A DNA stretch of 64,000 nucleotides from Mobula hypostoma. Its lineage: Eukaryota. The number at the start of each line of letters is the position of its first letter. Within the stretch, counting starts at the first letter, position 1. The notes under the pieces are model-generated. The model worked only from the letters and a program-made list of their open reading frames with translations. It did no database searches and was not told the DNA's origin. Positions 1 through 12,827 of this stretch are shown in pieces. The DNA is taken from assembly GCF_963921235.1 (NCBI RefSeq), contig NC_086108.1:42410001-42474000 (forward strand), in the 5' to 3' direction. Both the position numbers and the translations under genes were made by a program.

Positions 1-702
1 AACTCGTTTCACTGTGTACATGTGGTCAGTAAAAGACATGTCTTTTAATTCAATTTTGAAGGTAAAATAGTTCAAAATGTCTATAACTGTTATTTGTCTT
101 AAAATATTCATGTTTTAAAAGCTCAAGTATTGGCATGTATATTAAAAATATCTTCTAACAATATTTTATTTCTTATATTTCAAGAGTCTCAGTAGACAGA
201 ATTGTTGTATGTGTTTTGGACTATATATTAGGGTCTGAAATTTAGAACTTGCAAACCTTATTGCTTCTGTTGATTATCATCTGCAATCTGGCAGATAATG
301 CTTTACAGAAAAATAGATCACATTCAAAACTGTTCATAAATATTAATTTTTTGTCTGTAGCTGTTCTTAGGTACCCATTGGCTTGAAGATTAATGATCCA
401 GTACTTCTTACGGATTATGTTTTCTGATCTTCAATTACCTCTGAATTCTTAAGTAGAATGGAATTAGCAATGGTATTGAATGTGGTTTAAAAAATCTGAT
501 TTGTGTCATTTATACCCTGTGTGCATATGCCTTTAACAATAAACTTGAAAGCTACAAGATAAATTACTTGGCAGAATCACTGCACAGCTCAAAAATTTCA
601 CACGATTATACTGATTTGATTGAAATAGAAAACTAAATTTCAGTTAAAGCCAGGATTATAATAAATCCAAATATTTTCAGATATAATTTTGTTTAATCTT
701 AG

Positions 703-882
<180 letters not shown>

Positions 883-1005
883 TAAGTTACAACTCTGGAA
901 CAAACTTAAACAACAGGAATTCTGCAGATGCTGGAAATTCAAGCAGCACACATAAAAGTTGCTGGTGAACGCAGCAGGCCAGGCAGCATCTCTAGGAAGA
1001 GGTGC

Positions 1006-1041
1006 AGGCGACGTTTCAGGCCGAGACCCTTCGTCAGGACT
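1006..1041 (-). ncRNA. Minimal type I hammerhead ribozyme motif (PLE), one stem I mismatch
   Basis: Reverse complement: AGTC CTGACGA AGGGTCTCGGCCT GAAA CGTC GCCT. Confidence 0.7.
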
Positions 1042-2863
1042 AACTGAAGGAAGAGTGAGTAAGGGATTTGAAAGTTGGAGGGGGAGGGAGAGATCCAAAA
1101 TGATAGGAGAAGACAGGAGGGGGAGGGATGGAGCCAAGAGCTGGACAAGTGATAGGCAAAAGGGATACAAGAGGATCATGGGACAGGAGGTCCAGGAAGA
1201 AAGACAAGGGGGGGGGAAACCAGAGGATGGGCAAGGGGTATATTCAGAGGGAGAAAAAGGAGAGTGAGAGAAAGAATGTGTGTATAAAATTAAGTAACAG
1301 ATGGGGTACGAGGGGGAGGTGGGGCATTAGCGGAAGTTAGGGAAGTCGATGTTCATGCCATCAGGTTGGAGGCTACCCAGACGGAATATAAGGTGTTGTT
1401 CCTCCAACCTGAGTGTGGCTTCATCTTTACAGTAGAGGAGGCCGTGGATAGACATGTCAGGTGGAATTAAAATGTGTGGCCACTGGGAGATCCTGCTTTC
1501 TCTGGCGGACAGAGCGTAGGTGTTCAGCAAAGCGGTCTCCCAGTCTGCGTCGGGTCTCGCCATTATATAAAAGGCCACATCGGGAGTACCGGACGCAGTA
1601 TATCACCCCAGCCGACTCACAGGTGAAGTGTTGCCTCACCTGGAAGGACTGTTTGGGGCCCTGAATGGTGGTAAGGGAGGAAGTGTAAGGGCATGTGTAG
1701 CACTTGTTCCGCTTACACGGATAAGTGCTAGGAGGGAGATCAGTGGGGAGGGATGGGGGGGACGAATGGACAAGGGAGTCGCGTAGAGAGCGATCCCTGC
1801 GGAATGCAGAGGGGTGGGGGAGCGAAAGATGTGCTTAGTGGTGGGATCCCATTGGAGGTGGCGGAAGTTACGGAGAATAATATGTTGGACCCGGAGGCTG
1901 GTGGGGTGGTAGGTGAGGACCAGGGGAACCCTATTCCGAGTGGGGTGGCGGGAGGATGGAGTGAGAGCAGATGTACGTGAAATGGGGGAGATGCGTTTAA
2001 GAGCAGAGTCGATAGTGGAGGAAGGGAAGCCCCTTTCTTTAAAAAAGGAAGACATCTCCCTTGTCCTAGAATGACTTTATTAACTTTGCCTCCAACTTTC
2101 ACCCTGCCCTCAAGTTTACCTGGTCCATTTCTGACACCTCCCTCCCCTTTCTAGATCTTTCTGTCTCTGTTTCTGGAGACAGCTTATCCACTGATGTCTA
2201 CTATAAGCCTACTGACTGTCACAGCTATCTGGACTACTCCTCTTCTCACGCTGTCTCGGCTGTGAGTCGGCTGGGGTGATATACTGCGTCCGGTGCTCCC
2301 GATGTGGCCTTTTATATATTGGCGAGACCCGACGCAGAATGGGAGACCGCTTTGCTGAACACCTACGCTCTGTCCGCCAGAGAAAGCAGGATCTCCCAGT
2401 GGCCACATATTTTAATTCCACATCCCATTCCCATTCTGACATGTCTATCCACGGCCTCCTCTACTGTAAAGATGAAGCCACACTTAGGTTGGAGGAACAA
2501 CACCTTATATTCCATCTAGGTAGCCTCCAACCTGATGGCATGAACATCGACTTCTCTAACTTCCGCTAATGCCCCACCTCCCCCTCATACCCCATCTGTT
2601 ACTTATTTTTATACACACATTCTTTCTCTCACTCTCCTTTTTCTCCCTCTGTCCCTCTGAATATACCCCTTGCCCATCCTCTGGTCCCCCCCCGCCCCCG
2701 TCTTTCTTCCTGGACCTCCTGTCCCATGATCCTCTCGTATCCCTTTTGCCTATCACCTGTCCAGCTCTTGGCTCCATCCCTCCCCCTCCTGTCTTCTCCT
2801 ATCATTTTAGATCTCCCCCTCCCCCTCCAACTTTCAAATCCCTTACTCACTCTTCCTTCAGTT

Positions 2864-2899
2864 AGTCCTGACGAAGGGTCTCGGCCTGAAACGTCGACT
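2864..2899 (+). ncRNA. Minimal type I hammerhead ribozyme motif (PLE), intact
   Basis: AGTC CTGACGA AGGGTCTCGGCCT GAAA CGTC^GACT: stem I AGTC/GACT, cores CUGANGA and GAAA, palindromic ACGU in place of stem III, GUC cleavage triplet. Confidence 0.82.
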
Positions 2900-3159
2900 G
2901 CACCTCTTCCTACAGATGCTGCTTGGCCTGCTGCGTTCACCAGCAACTTTTATGAGTGTTGCTGGTACAAACTTATTTTTCTTACCCTCTTGAGAATAAT
3001 CAGTTTAAGCACACACAGGTATTTTGGTCTATTTGTTCCTGAGAATATCTTGTGAACATCTTTTTAAAGAAGAGCTATAAATGAGATTTAATAAATGTAT
3101 ATAATAGAGTTTTGCTTAGATTGCTGTATTATTTGGTGGTGTTAATGGCGTGATTTAAT

Positions 3160-3842
3160 TTATACTTTATTGTTGCCAAACAATTGATAGTAGAACGTAC
3201 AATCATCACAGCGATATTTGATTCTGCGCTTTCCGCTCCCTGGATTACAAATCGATAGTAAATATTAAAAATTTAAATTATAAATCATAAATAGAAAATA
3301 GAAAAATGGAAAGTAAGGTAGTGTAAAAAAACCGAGAGGCAGGTCCAGATATTTGGAGGGTACGGCCCAGATCCGGGTCAGGATCCGTTCAGCAGTCTTA
3401 TCACAGTTGGAAAGAAGCTGGTCCCAAATCTGGCCATATAAGTCTTCAAGCTCCTGAGCCTTCTCCCGGAGGGAAGAGGGACGAAAAGTGTGTTGGCTGG
3501 GTGGGTCATGTCCTTGATTATCCTGGCAGCACTGCTTCGACAGCGTGTGGTGTAAAGTCCAAGGACAGAAGATTGGTTTGTGTGATGTGCTGCGCCGTGT
3601 TCACGATCTTCTGCAGCTTCTTCCGGTCTTGGACAGGACAACTTCCATACCAGGTTGTGATGCACCCTAGAAGAACGCTTTCTACGGTACATCTACAAAA
3701 ATTTGTGAGGGTTTTAGGGGACAGGCCAAATTTCTTTAGTTTTCTCAGGAAGTAAAGGCGCTGGTGGCCTTCTTGGCAGTGGACTCTGTTTGGTTGGACC
3801 AAGTCAGGTCATTTGTGATATTGACCCCGAGGAACTTAAATT
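3160..3842 (-). mobile_element. Rex-Babar-type LINE 3' fragment
   Basis: QRLYFLRKLKKFGLSPKTLTNF.RCTVES (ALKBH8_N/DUF1891-like tail); near-identical in inverted orientation to the copy at ~56080-56365. Confidence 0.8.
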
Positions 3843-3858
3843 TGTTTTTTTTATTCAG

Positions 3859-4104
3859 ATCAATGCAAAAATTGGAAGAATTGAATCTAGGAATGGACAG
3901 CGTTAGCACAGAGGCACAGTCTCCTAATCAACAATGTAAAGGAAACCAGCCAAGTGCACAAAATGACTCTTCAGCTACCAATTCAGTAACACCTCTTGAA
4001 GTTCGTCAGCAAAGTTCAGGACTACCTAACAGCACAAGTACTCCAATTAAATCCAACACAGGAAATGCATTTCCTCATAACGAGGCATCTTCATTCTTTT
4101 CTAA
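3859..4104 (+). CDS. WDR47: WDR47 coding exon (Ser/Thr-rich linker)
   Basis: ttattcag| acceptor, AA|gtaaga donor; phase 2 in and out; SMQKLEELNLGMDSV...STSTPIK. Confidence 0.92.
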
Positions 4105-4374
4105 GTAAGATGTTTAGGTTGTTGCTGTGGAATAAATGTTGATTTTTAAACTGGCAATTGCTGAGAATGTAAAATGAGAGGATTTGTATCATCGCATATT
4201 GGATGTTAATATGTTCTTTCCCTATCATCTTGCCATAACTAGAAGAATAGTCACATTATTGATCTTAAAAGTGTTGGATTCATATGAACTAACTTAACTG
4301 CTATTCCAGCTGATTAACTCTTGTACATCACAATTGCCCCTTAATGTGCATGATAACATTATTTTTAAACTATA

Positions 4375-4594
4375 CAGGTGGACCCCCCACATTACAAGAA
4401 GGTTGCATTCCCAAAAGTAGGCTGTATTAGGGTTTTGCATAACACCTGCATTGTGTATTTATTTTTTCACCCCCTTCCCAATATAAATTTGGTACAAATG
4501 AATTTTATCCCACATCTCTAATTTTGGGTGATGATCTGTTAATCTGTAAGGACAAATGTCCGTTACCCGAACGTCCATAATGTGGGGTCACCTG
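4375..4594. mobile_element. Tigger/pogo-like MITE
   Basis: ta|CAGGTGGACCCCCCACATTA ... TAATGTGGGGTCACCTG inverted termini; right TA not preserved. Confidence 0.6.
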
Positions 4595-4955
4595 AATGTG
4601 ATCATATATACAAAAGAACTACAGAAGGATGGAGTGAAGGAGGAGGAATTCTCAGGAAAGTGTTCTCAGGGCTAATAATGTTCTCCATTCAATATCTTGC
4701 CGATTAGAAAATCAAACTTGAAATTGACACTGTTTCCTGGCTGTTTTCTAATTGTGTTGCTCATGCTAAACCACACTGAGCTAGTACAGGATGACACAAA
4801 ATGATTTCACTCAACTCAAACCAGAATCTTCTACCGAAACTTAGAAATGATATAAACCCAGTATATGTAGATATGCCCCATCAGGCTAATGCTATTATGT
4901 AGCCAGGCTCTAATGTAATTAACTAAAACATTTTGTTTGTTTTTTTTAAATATAG

Positions 4956-5040
4956 GACAGATTCTCCTGCTTCAACAGATCTTGCAGTAAGTCCACCGAT
5001 GGCAGAAAACGTTTCTGTCAGTGGAACAAAGAATGAAGAG
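4956..5040 (+). CDS. WDR47: WDR47 coding exon (short linker)
   Basis: poly-T then tatag| acceptor, GAG|gtgcag donor; bridges phase 2 to phase 0: (K)TDSPASTDLAVSPPMAENVSVSGTKNEE. Confidence 0.8.
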
Positions 5041-5290
5041 GTGCAGTTCATTTGTGTAGTTTGATTAATGGTAGAATTTGTTGGTTCCTGCTATGTATTA
5101 TAGGCTAACAAGATTCTCTCATTAGCAAATTGTTCACAGAAGCAATTACACATTTATAATCCAAACACTTCCCTAAACTTTTTTGTTTACTAATAGATTT
5201 TTGTAGCTTTAGAATTTATGGTAATCCTTCTGTTTCCCACTTTTCTCTGAGAACTGCTGCTTCTTATTGGGTTCTTTTGTTTCCAAGATA

Positions 5291-6001
5291 CCTTTTTTCT
5301 TTTTCAATATTTTTATTAATTACTTGTATAGACGAATACAAAATACATTATGGTATTATGGAAACAGAAACAAGATTGAATTTCCCCATAACTATGTATT
5401 GTAAATTAACCATAATATTGAAAAGGTACATATTATTCTAATCTAAAGCAAAATCAAAACCCCATAACAAAATAGAAAAAAAAAGAGAGAAGAAAACATT
5501 AAAAGAAAGCTGTTTGGTTAAAAGAAAAGGAAAAAAATCTCTGACATATAGTCATAAATTCAAACATATAATGGCCATCATCATTGCTGAACAAGTCGAA
5601 GATTGTGAAAGTAGTTCCAAAAAGGTCCCCATAATGTGAAAAAATCTTGTCTAGCTATAGAAATAGAACACCTAATCTTCTCTAGATTTAAACATGACAT
5701 AACATCAATCAACCAATGGGCATGAGTAGGTGGAGTGGCATCTTTCCATTTAAGCAACAAAACTCTTCTGGCTAGAAGAGAAATAAAAGCCAAAATATGC
5801 AAATAATTCAGCTTAAGAGTAAAATCATTTCCTCCAACAATGCCAAACAAAGCAGTCAGAGGGTTGGGTTTAAAGTTTACTTTAAAAAGCTCCGAGAAAG
5901 TTTGAAATATTTCTTTCCAAAATTTATCAAGCTGCGGGCAGGACCAAAACATATGAATTAGAGAAGCCTCTTCGACATTACACCTATTACAGTATGGAGA
6001 A
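5291..6001 (-). mobile_element. L1-clade LINE 3' fragment
   Basis: HMFWSCPQLDKFW...ARRVLLLKWK ORF2 C-terminus; T-rich tail at left; 12-bp TSD gtttcc(a/t)agata at 5279-5290 and 6002-6013. Confidence 0.85.
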
Positions 6002-7181
6002 GTTTCCTAGATAACAAAATTTAAGATTTCTTTCCCGAGACTTTTTTGAACTGTAAATGCCCTTATTTAGCCTTAAACATATTTCCTCTAAATTCATTGA
6101 ATTTTTTTCTTTTTACACTGACTGTTCTTTCATGCAAGGATATTGTTATTAATGCTGAAGAGTTACTGTTATGAGGTCAGACTTACCATGTCGTTTACTT
6201 TTTTTAGGTTAAAGGTTACTTGGGGTATATTTAATTGATGAAAATAAAATTAAGATAAATCTTTAAAGGCCTCTGTGGTTGTCTTTAGTAGAGTGGACTA
6301 TATAAAAGTATTAGAGGGGAAATTAAGAAAAAATTTAATGATGGTGGGGTTTGGAAACGGTTGCTTGAAAAGTTGGTGAAAATCTTTCTGTATTTATAAA
6401 ATACTTGGTTAAACACTTCAGGAGCCATAACCAACAAGGCTGTAGATCATTCCACACAACCTACAGTTACTTTAGATATTTACTGACACCTGTTTTACTG
6501 TTTCTTCCCATATCGGAATGACTTTGTCTTTAAAAGCCATTTAGGCAAAAGCTAAATTTATCTCTTTCCTCATTTTTTCCTAGGTTTCTCTTCTTTTTTG
6601 TCTATTTTCTGTACCACATTATTTAATATCTCTTTTCCTTTCAACTCTGTAGGCCAATTTACATTTTATCCATTTTGGCTTTAGAATTCTGTAAGCATCC
6701 GTTCTGTCCTGCAGCTCAGTTTTTAAAAAATTAAAGTCCACTCAATGTGGCTTCTCTTGACCAATTATCTCAGCTAATAGTTTTTTTTTTGAAGAATCAG
6801 GCTGTCTTGAGGAAGCCAGAGCTACTCATGTGACCTTGCAAACCTTTTGAAGCATTCTAGCAAGGAAGCAGTGGAGCACTTGCCATTGTTGTATGCCAAT
6901 AAATTGTTGTTTTGCTTATGAAACAGAGTCAGATCTCTGTTAATATTTCTTTACTCTCTACACCTTTGATCAATTTGTAATATCTAAGTTTAGAACTGAA
7001 ATCTCTTAATCCAAGATGCAGTTAAATTCTAATAAGCACTGTTAATTTTTTTACATGCATAAATTTTATATCAATTAATTTGGTACAAATCTGTTTTTGA
7101 TATTATGCATAAAAAAGTTTGCATAAATTGTGTTGATTTTGGAACCTTAATGTGCATTTGTGTTTTCTATTGCATTAATAG

Positions 7182-7340
<159 letters not shown>

Positions 7341-7713
7341 TAACAGCATGACTAATATATGAAAATACTAAGAACTTAAATTGTTAAAGTAATAAGTGAA
7401 ACAGATCCAGCGTGTTTCTATTAAATTACTGTTCAGCTGCTAACAATTTGAAGGAAAAGAGCACGTCATATCCTTTCAGAACTTTATTAACCAATAGCAA
7501 AACTATCTACATAGAAACACTATTTATGTATATTCTAATTTCCTTGGAGATTAATCTTTTTAAGTTGTTATCTTGACCAGGGATGTGACCTGTAAATCAT
7601 TATTATGATGATTACATATTTTATGTGAAATAATGAGTACATTTATCTTTACTTAGAATTTGTGGGAGGGCAGAATTGTAAAGATGGTATCTATCACTTA
7701 ATAATGTTTTTGA

Positions 7714-7947
<234 letters not shown>

Positions 7948-9049
7948 TGATTGTATGGTTCCTTTTTACTTTGGGATGGAAAATGCTGTTAACTTAGTAT
8001 ATTCTTACATGTTAGCAATGTTGAATTTAATGCTTGAGTTCATTTTTTTTCTAATTATGTTGAAAATTAAAAGCCAATATTTTAATGGTATAACACAATG
8101 AACAAAATATTCAAGATTCTGCAACAGAATTGAAGTAACAATATCTTGTATTTGATTTCTTTTTGCTTAGAAATCAAAATGAACCATAAGGGCTCTGGTT
8201 ATTTACAAAAGGCTGTGAAATCATCTGGGGAAGTTGCGGTTTTAGAATATGATTAAATGAAACAATGGGCAGAAGTCATAGAGCTGTTTTACTGCAATCT
8301 TAATATCAGCCGATACTTGTCCACAGCTAGGGCAGCATTGTGCTCATCAAGAAATGCTGCCAGTTAATCCATGCTATGTTTGTCTATTCCGGTAACAGGT
8401 CAATTAGATCAGTCTTTATGTCATACCATGTTAGCAGTTTTCTGCCTGAAAGTTGATTCCCATCTTACAGCCAACTGTAGATACCATGCAGGATGCTGGT
8501 GTGATCAGTCATGGCCTTTATCTAGGCAATATCCAAAAGACTGGAACAACCTTCCCTGTGATTTTATCAGGCACTTAGAGACATGCTGTTTGATAATGGA
8601 CTTCGAGGCTGTTACATAAGCTCTGTTGGTTAAAGGGATGGAAGAAGTCTAGGATGATAGTTAATACATAACAGCCTCTTAAGACCAAAAGGAATATTTT
8701 GTTTTCACAAAGACAAATGAGTGGCAAAAACAAATGTTGTGGAAAATGCATATTGAAATAGATTGCAAAATACACTTGGATACAGGCCAAATATGTCATA
8801 AGTTGACTATACAAAAATGTTTGGTTCTATTATCAAAAGGAGCTGAGCGAAGCCATAGTACTTAACTGCTTGTGAGCCATGACAAAAAATGCCCCATATC
8901 CTATTGCGTATTTTTGGTCTATGCCAGAAGACTATTAAAAACCCCACACAATATGTCACCAGCTAATGGACAGACTCTTGTAAAGCGTTCAGATTGACCA
9001 TCAGGAAAACTGTATTGGCTTAGAATGTGATCATTTCACTGTAATATAT

Positions 9050-10520
9050 ACTGAATCAGCAGATTTGCTGATGATACGAATATTGGGGGAATATTGGACA
9101 GAGAGGAAGTGTATCAAAGTTTGCATTGTGATCGAGACCAGCTGGAAAAATAGGCTAAAAAATGGCAGATAAAATTTAATGCAAACAGGTGTGAGGAGTT
9201 GTATTTTGGGAGAACAAACCATGGAAAGACTTGCACAGTGAATATTAGGGAACAGAGGTATGTAGAAGAAGAAAGGGACATGGGAATACAGATCTATAGT
9301 TCCTTGCAAGTGGCATCATGGGTAGATAAGGTCGTAAAAAGAGTTTTTGGTGCTTGACTTTCATAAATCAGAAGTTATAATGTTTTTTATGTTGAAGTTG
9401 TATGACACATTGTTGATACCAAATTTGGATTATTGTGTGTAGTTCTGGTCACGATCCCTATAGGGAAGATATCAATAAGCTTTAAAGAGTGCAGATGAAG
9501 TTTGTAAGGATGTTACCAGGACTTGTGGTCCTGAGTTATAGGCAAAGGTTGAATAGGTTATTTCTTTATTCCCTGAAGTACAGAAAAATGAGGGGAGATC
9601 TTATAAAAGTATACAAAATTATGTGGAATACAGATAGGGTGAATACATGCAGGCTTTTTCCCTTCAGGTTGGGTGAGACTAGAACATAGAACAGTACAGG
9701 CCGTTCGGCCCACAATGTTGTGCCGACCCTCAAACCCTGCCTCCCATATAACCCCCACCTTAAATTCCTTCATATACCTGTCCAGTAGTCTCTTAAATTT
9801 CACTAGTGTATCTGCCTCCACCACTGACTCAGGCAGTGCATTCCATGCACCAACCACTCTCTCAGTGAAAAACCTTACTCTAATATCCCCCTTGAACTTC
9901 CCACACCTTACCTTAAAGCCATGTCCTCTTGTATTGAACAGTGGTGCCCTGGGGAAGAGGCACTGTCTATCCACTCTATTTATTCCTCTTAATATCTTGT
10001 ATACCTCTGTTATGTCTCCTCTTATCCTCCTTCTCTCCAAAGAGTAAAGCCCTAGCTCCCTTAATCTCTGATCATAATTCATACTCTCTAAACCAGGCAG
10101 CATCCTGGTAAATATCCTCTGTACCCTTTCCAATGCTTCCACATCCTTCCTATAGTGAGGTGACCAGAACTGGACACATTACTCCAAATGTGGCCTAACC
10201 AGAGTTGTATAGAGCTGCATCATTACCTCGCAACTCTTAAACTCTATCCCTCGACTTATGAAAGTTAACACCCCATAAGCTTTCTTAACTACCCTATCTA
10301 CCTGTGAGGCAACTTTCAGGGATCTGTGGACATGTACCCCCAGATCCCTCTGCTCCTCCATACTACCAAGTATCCTGCCAATTACTTTGTACTCTGCCTT
10401 GGAATTTAGGATGAAAGGTGAAATATTTAAGAGAAATCTGAGGGGGAACTTCTTCACTCAGAGAGTGGTGTAAGTGTGAAACATGCTGCCAATGGAAGTG
10501 GTAGATGTGGGTTCAAATGT
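9050..10520. mobile_element. Old CR1 LINE (+) interrupted by younger CR1 (-, ~9683-10422)
   Basis: ALERVQRIFTRMLPGL...LYSLERRRIRGD...FFTERVVGAWNALP; catagaa tail; host resumes near 10423. Confidence 0.85.
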
Positions 10521-10818
10521 ACAAACTAATGTACATGGTAATTATGTAGGAAATCTGAGCAATAATTTGATCGTAACTCTCACAAATGGCAGTGCAATAT
10601 TAACCAGATGAGTTGTTTTTCAGTTTTAATTAAGAAATAATTATTTTTGAATTGGAGCCATTAGTAATTTGGCGCCAATTGAGTGAGCAATTTACATCTT
10701 GATTTATTATCACTTCTAAAAGATACATATTTTATGGCATTCTCTCTCTAATGTCCTGAACTGTCGGCATAGATCATGCTTGTGAGAACATGGGAAATAG
10801 AAGCAGGAATAAGACAGC

Positions 10819-11556
10819 TGGCCGCCTTCTATATCTTGGCGAGACCCGACGCAGGCTGGGAGACTGTTTCACTGAACACCTACGCTCTGTCCATCAGAGA
10901 AAGCAGGATCTCCCAGTGGCCACACATTTTAATTCCACGTCCCATTCCCATTCTGATATGTCTATCCACAGCCTCCTCTACTGTCAAGATGAAGCCACAC
11001 TCAGGTTGGAGGAACAACACCTTTTATTCCATCTGGGTAGCCTCCAACCTGATGACATGAACATTGACTTCTCTAACTTCTGTTAATGCCCCACCTCCCC
11101 TTTGTACCCCATCCTTTATTTATTTATTTATCTCCCTCTCCCTTTCCCTCCCCCCCCCTCTCTCTCTCCCCCTCTCCCCCCCTCTCCCTCTGTCCCCCTC
11201 ACTATAACTCCTTACCCATCCTCTGGGCTTCCCTCCCCCTTTCTTTCTCCCCAGGCCTCCCATCTCATGATCCTGTCCCTTCTCCAGCTTCATATCTTTT
11301 TTGCCAATCAACTTTCTAGCTCTTGGCTCCATCCCTCCCCCTCCTGTCATCTCCTAGCATTTCAGATCTCCCCCCTCCCCCTCCCACTTTCAAATCTCTT
11401 ACTATCTCTTCTTTCAGTTAGTCCCGACGAAGGGTCTCGGCCCAAAAAGTCGACTGTACCTCTTCCTATAGATGCTGCCTGGCCTGCTGCGTTCACCAGC
11501 ATTGTTTGTGTGTGTTGCTTGAATTTCCAGCATCTGCAGATTTCCTCGTGTTTGCG
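10819..11556 (+). mobile_element. Penelope-like element 3' fragment with inactivated hammerhead
   Basis: GIY-YIG remnant LYLGETRRRLGD.F.EH; pLTR core mutated (CCGACGA...CAAAAAGTC at 11420-11455). Confidence 0.85.
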
Positions 11557-11612
11557 TTTTTAAAAACAAAACCTTGTCCATTTTTTTCCCTTAACTAGTG
11601 TCATCTAATCCA

Positions 11613-11725
11613 GGCAACACACATCAAAGTTGCTGGTGAACGCAGCAGGCCAGGCAGCATCTCTCAGAAGAGGTACAGTCGACGTTTCGGGCCAAGACCT
11701 TTCGTCAGGACTCCTCTTGTTTGCA
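11613..11725 (-). mobile_element. Short PLE pLTR insertion with an intact hammerhead core (11677-11712, - strand)
   Basis: 12-bp TSD tcatctaatcca at 11601-11612 and 11726-11737; reverse complement AGTC CTGACGA AAGGTCTTGGCCC GAAA CGTC GACT. Confidence 0.8.
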
Positions 11726-12480
11726 TCATCTAATCCAAGCAGCTTCCTTGTAAATTTCTTCTGCATTCTCTTCAACACAATCACATACTTCCTATAGTTT
11801 GCCAATCAGAAGTGCACAGTATACTCCAAGTATGGCCAAACCAGTATTTTGTAAAATTGCAAAGTAACACCCTGACTCTAGCATTCTATGCCCTATCCTG
11901 TTAATGCAAGCATATCATGTACTTACCTTAATACTCCATCCACCTGTGTTGCCACTTTAAGAGAATTGTGGGCAGACCCCTAGGTGCCTCTGTTTGACCG
12001 CATTTCTTTGTGTCCTACTATTTACTGCAGATGTTCTACTTCTGTTTGACTTTTGGTTTTGTTTATTCAGAGAGCATAATTTTTGATTATAAAAAGAGCT
12101 CAGAAAACTTATTTCGATGAGACATTTGGAAAATCAAGTTATAATTAAAGTTCAGCACTTATGGTTCATTTTATTTCAGAAATTTGGGTGTGATATTCTT
12201 AATTGCCTTTATTCTGGTAATTGCAGAACTGTCATGTGTAATGAAGTGCCATCCATTTATATGATAAAATAAAAGATCTTAGGAACATGACATGGATATT
12301 GTCACAGGTTGCAGAATAGAGGTCGTAAATTTCTATCAGAAATTGCTGGAAATGCTCAGCAGGCTAGGCAGTGTTTATGAAGTGAAAGTCAATGTTTCAG
12401 ATCAAAGGCTTTCTATTATTTTAAAAAAATCACAACGTTATGATTTTATTGCAAAAGTTGGTTATAAATCTAAATGATAG

Positions 12481-12681
<201 letters not shown>

Positions 12682-12827
12682 TAGACTAAAAAGTTTTTAA
12701 GTTGATAACAGTTTTGTAACTGGCAAGAAACTGTACAGAGGATTAAGGGAAAAATAGCATTTCTCTAATGACAATTGATGACCTATTGCTTTGGGTGTGA
12801 ATTATTTAATACAACTGAAATGTAGTA

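Larger units (their letters stand above)
908..2961. mobile_element. Penelope-like retroelement insertion, two 3' portions head-to-head
   Basis: GIY-YIG endonuclease (VIYCVRCSRCGLLYIGETRRR..RFAEH) on both strands; RT C-terminal piece 2074-2257; 13-bp TSD ctgg(a/t)acaaactt at 895-907 and 2962-2974. Confidence 0.9.

Noticed and set aside
2276..2569. Intact 97-aa GIY-YIG ORF as a domesticated nuclease gene
   Set aside because: No ATG or splice context; part of a truncated multi-copy PLE
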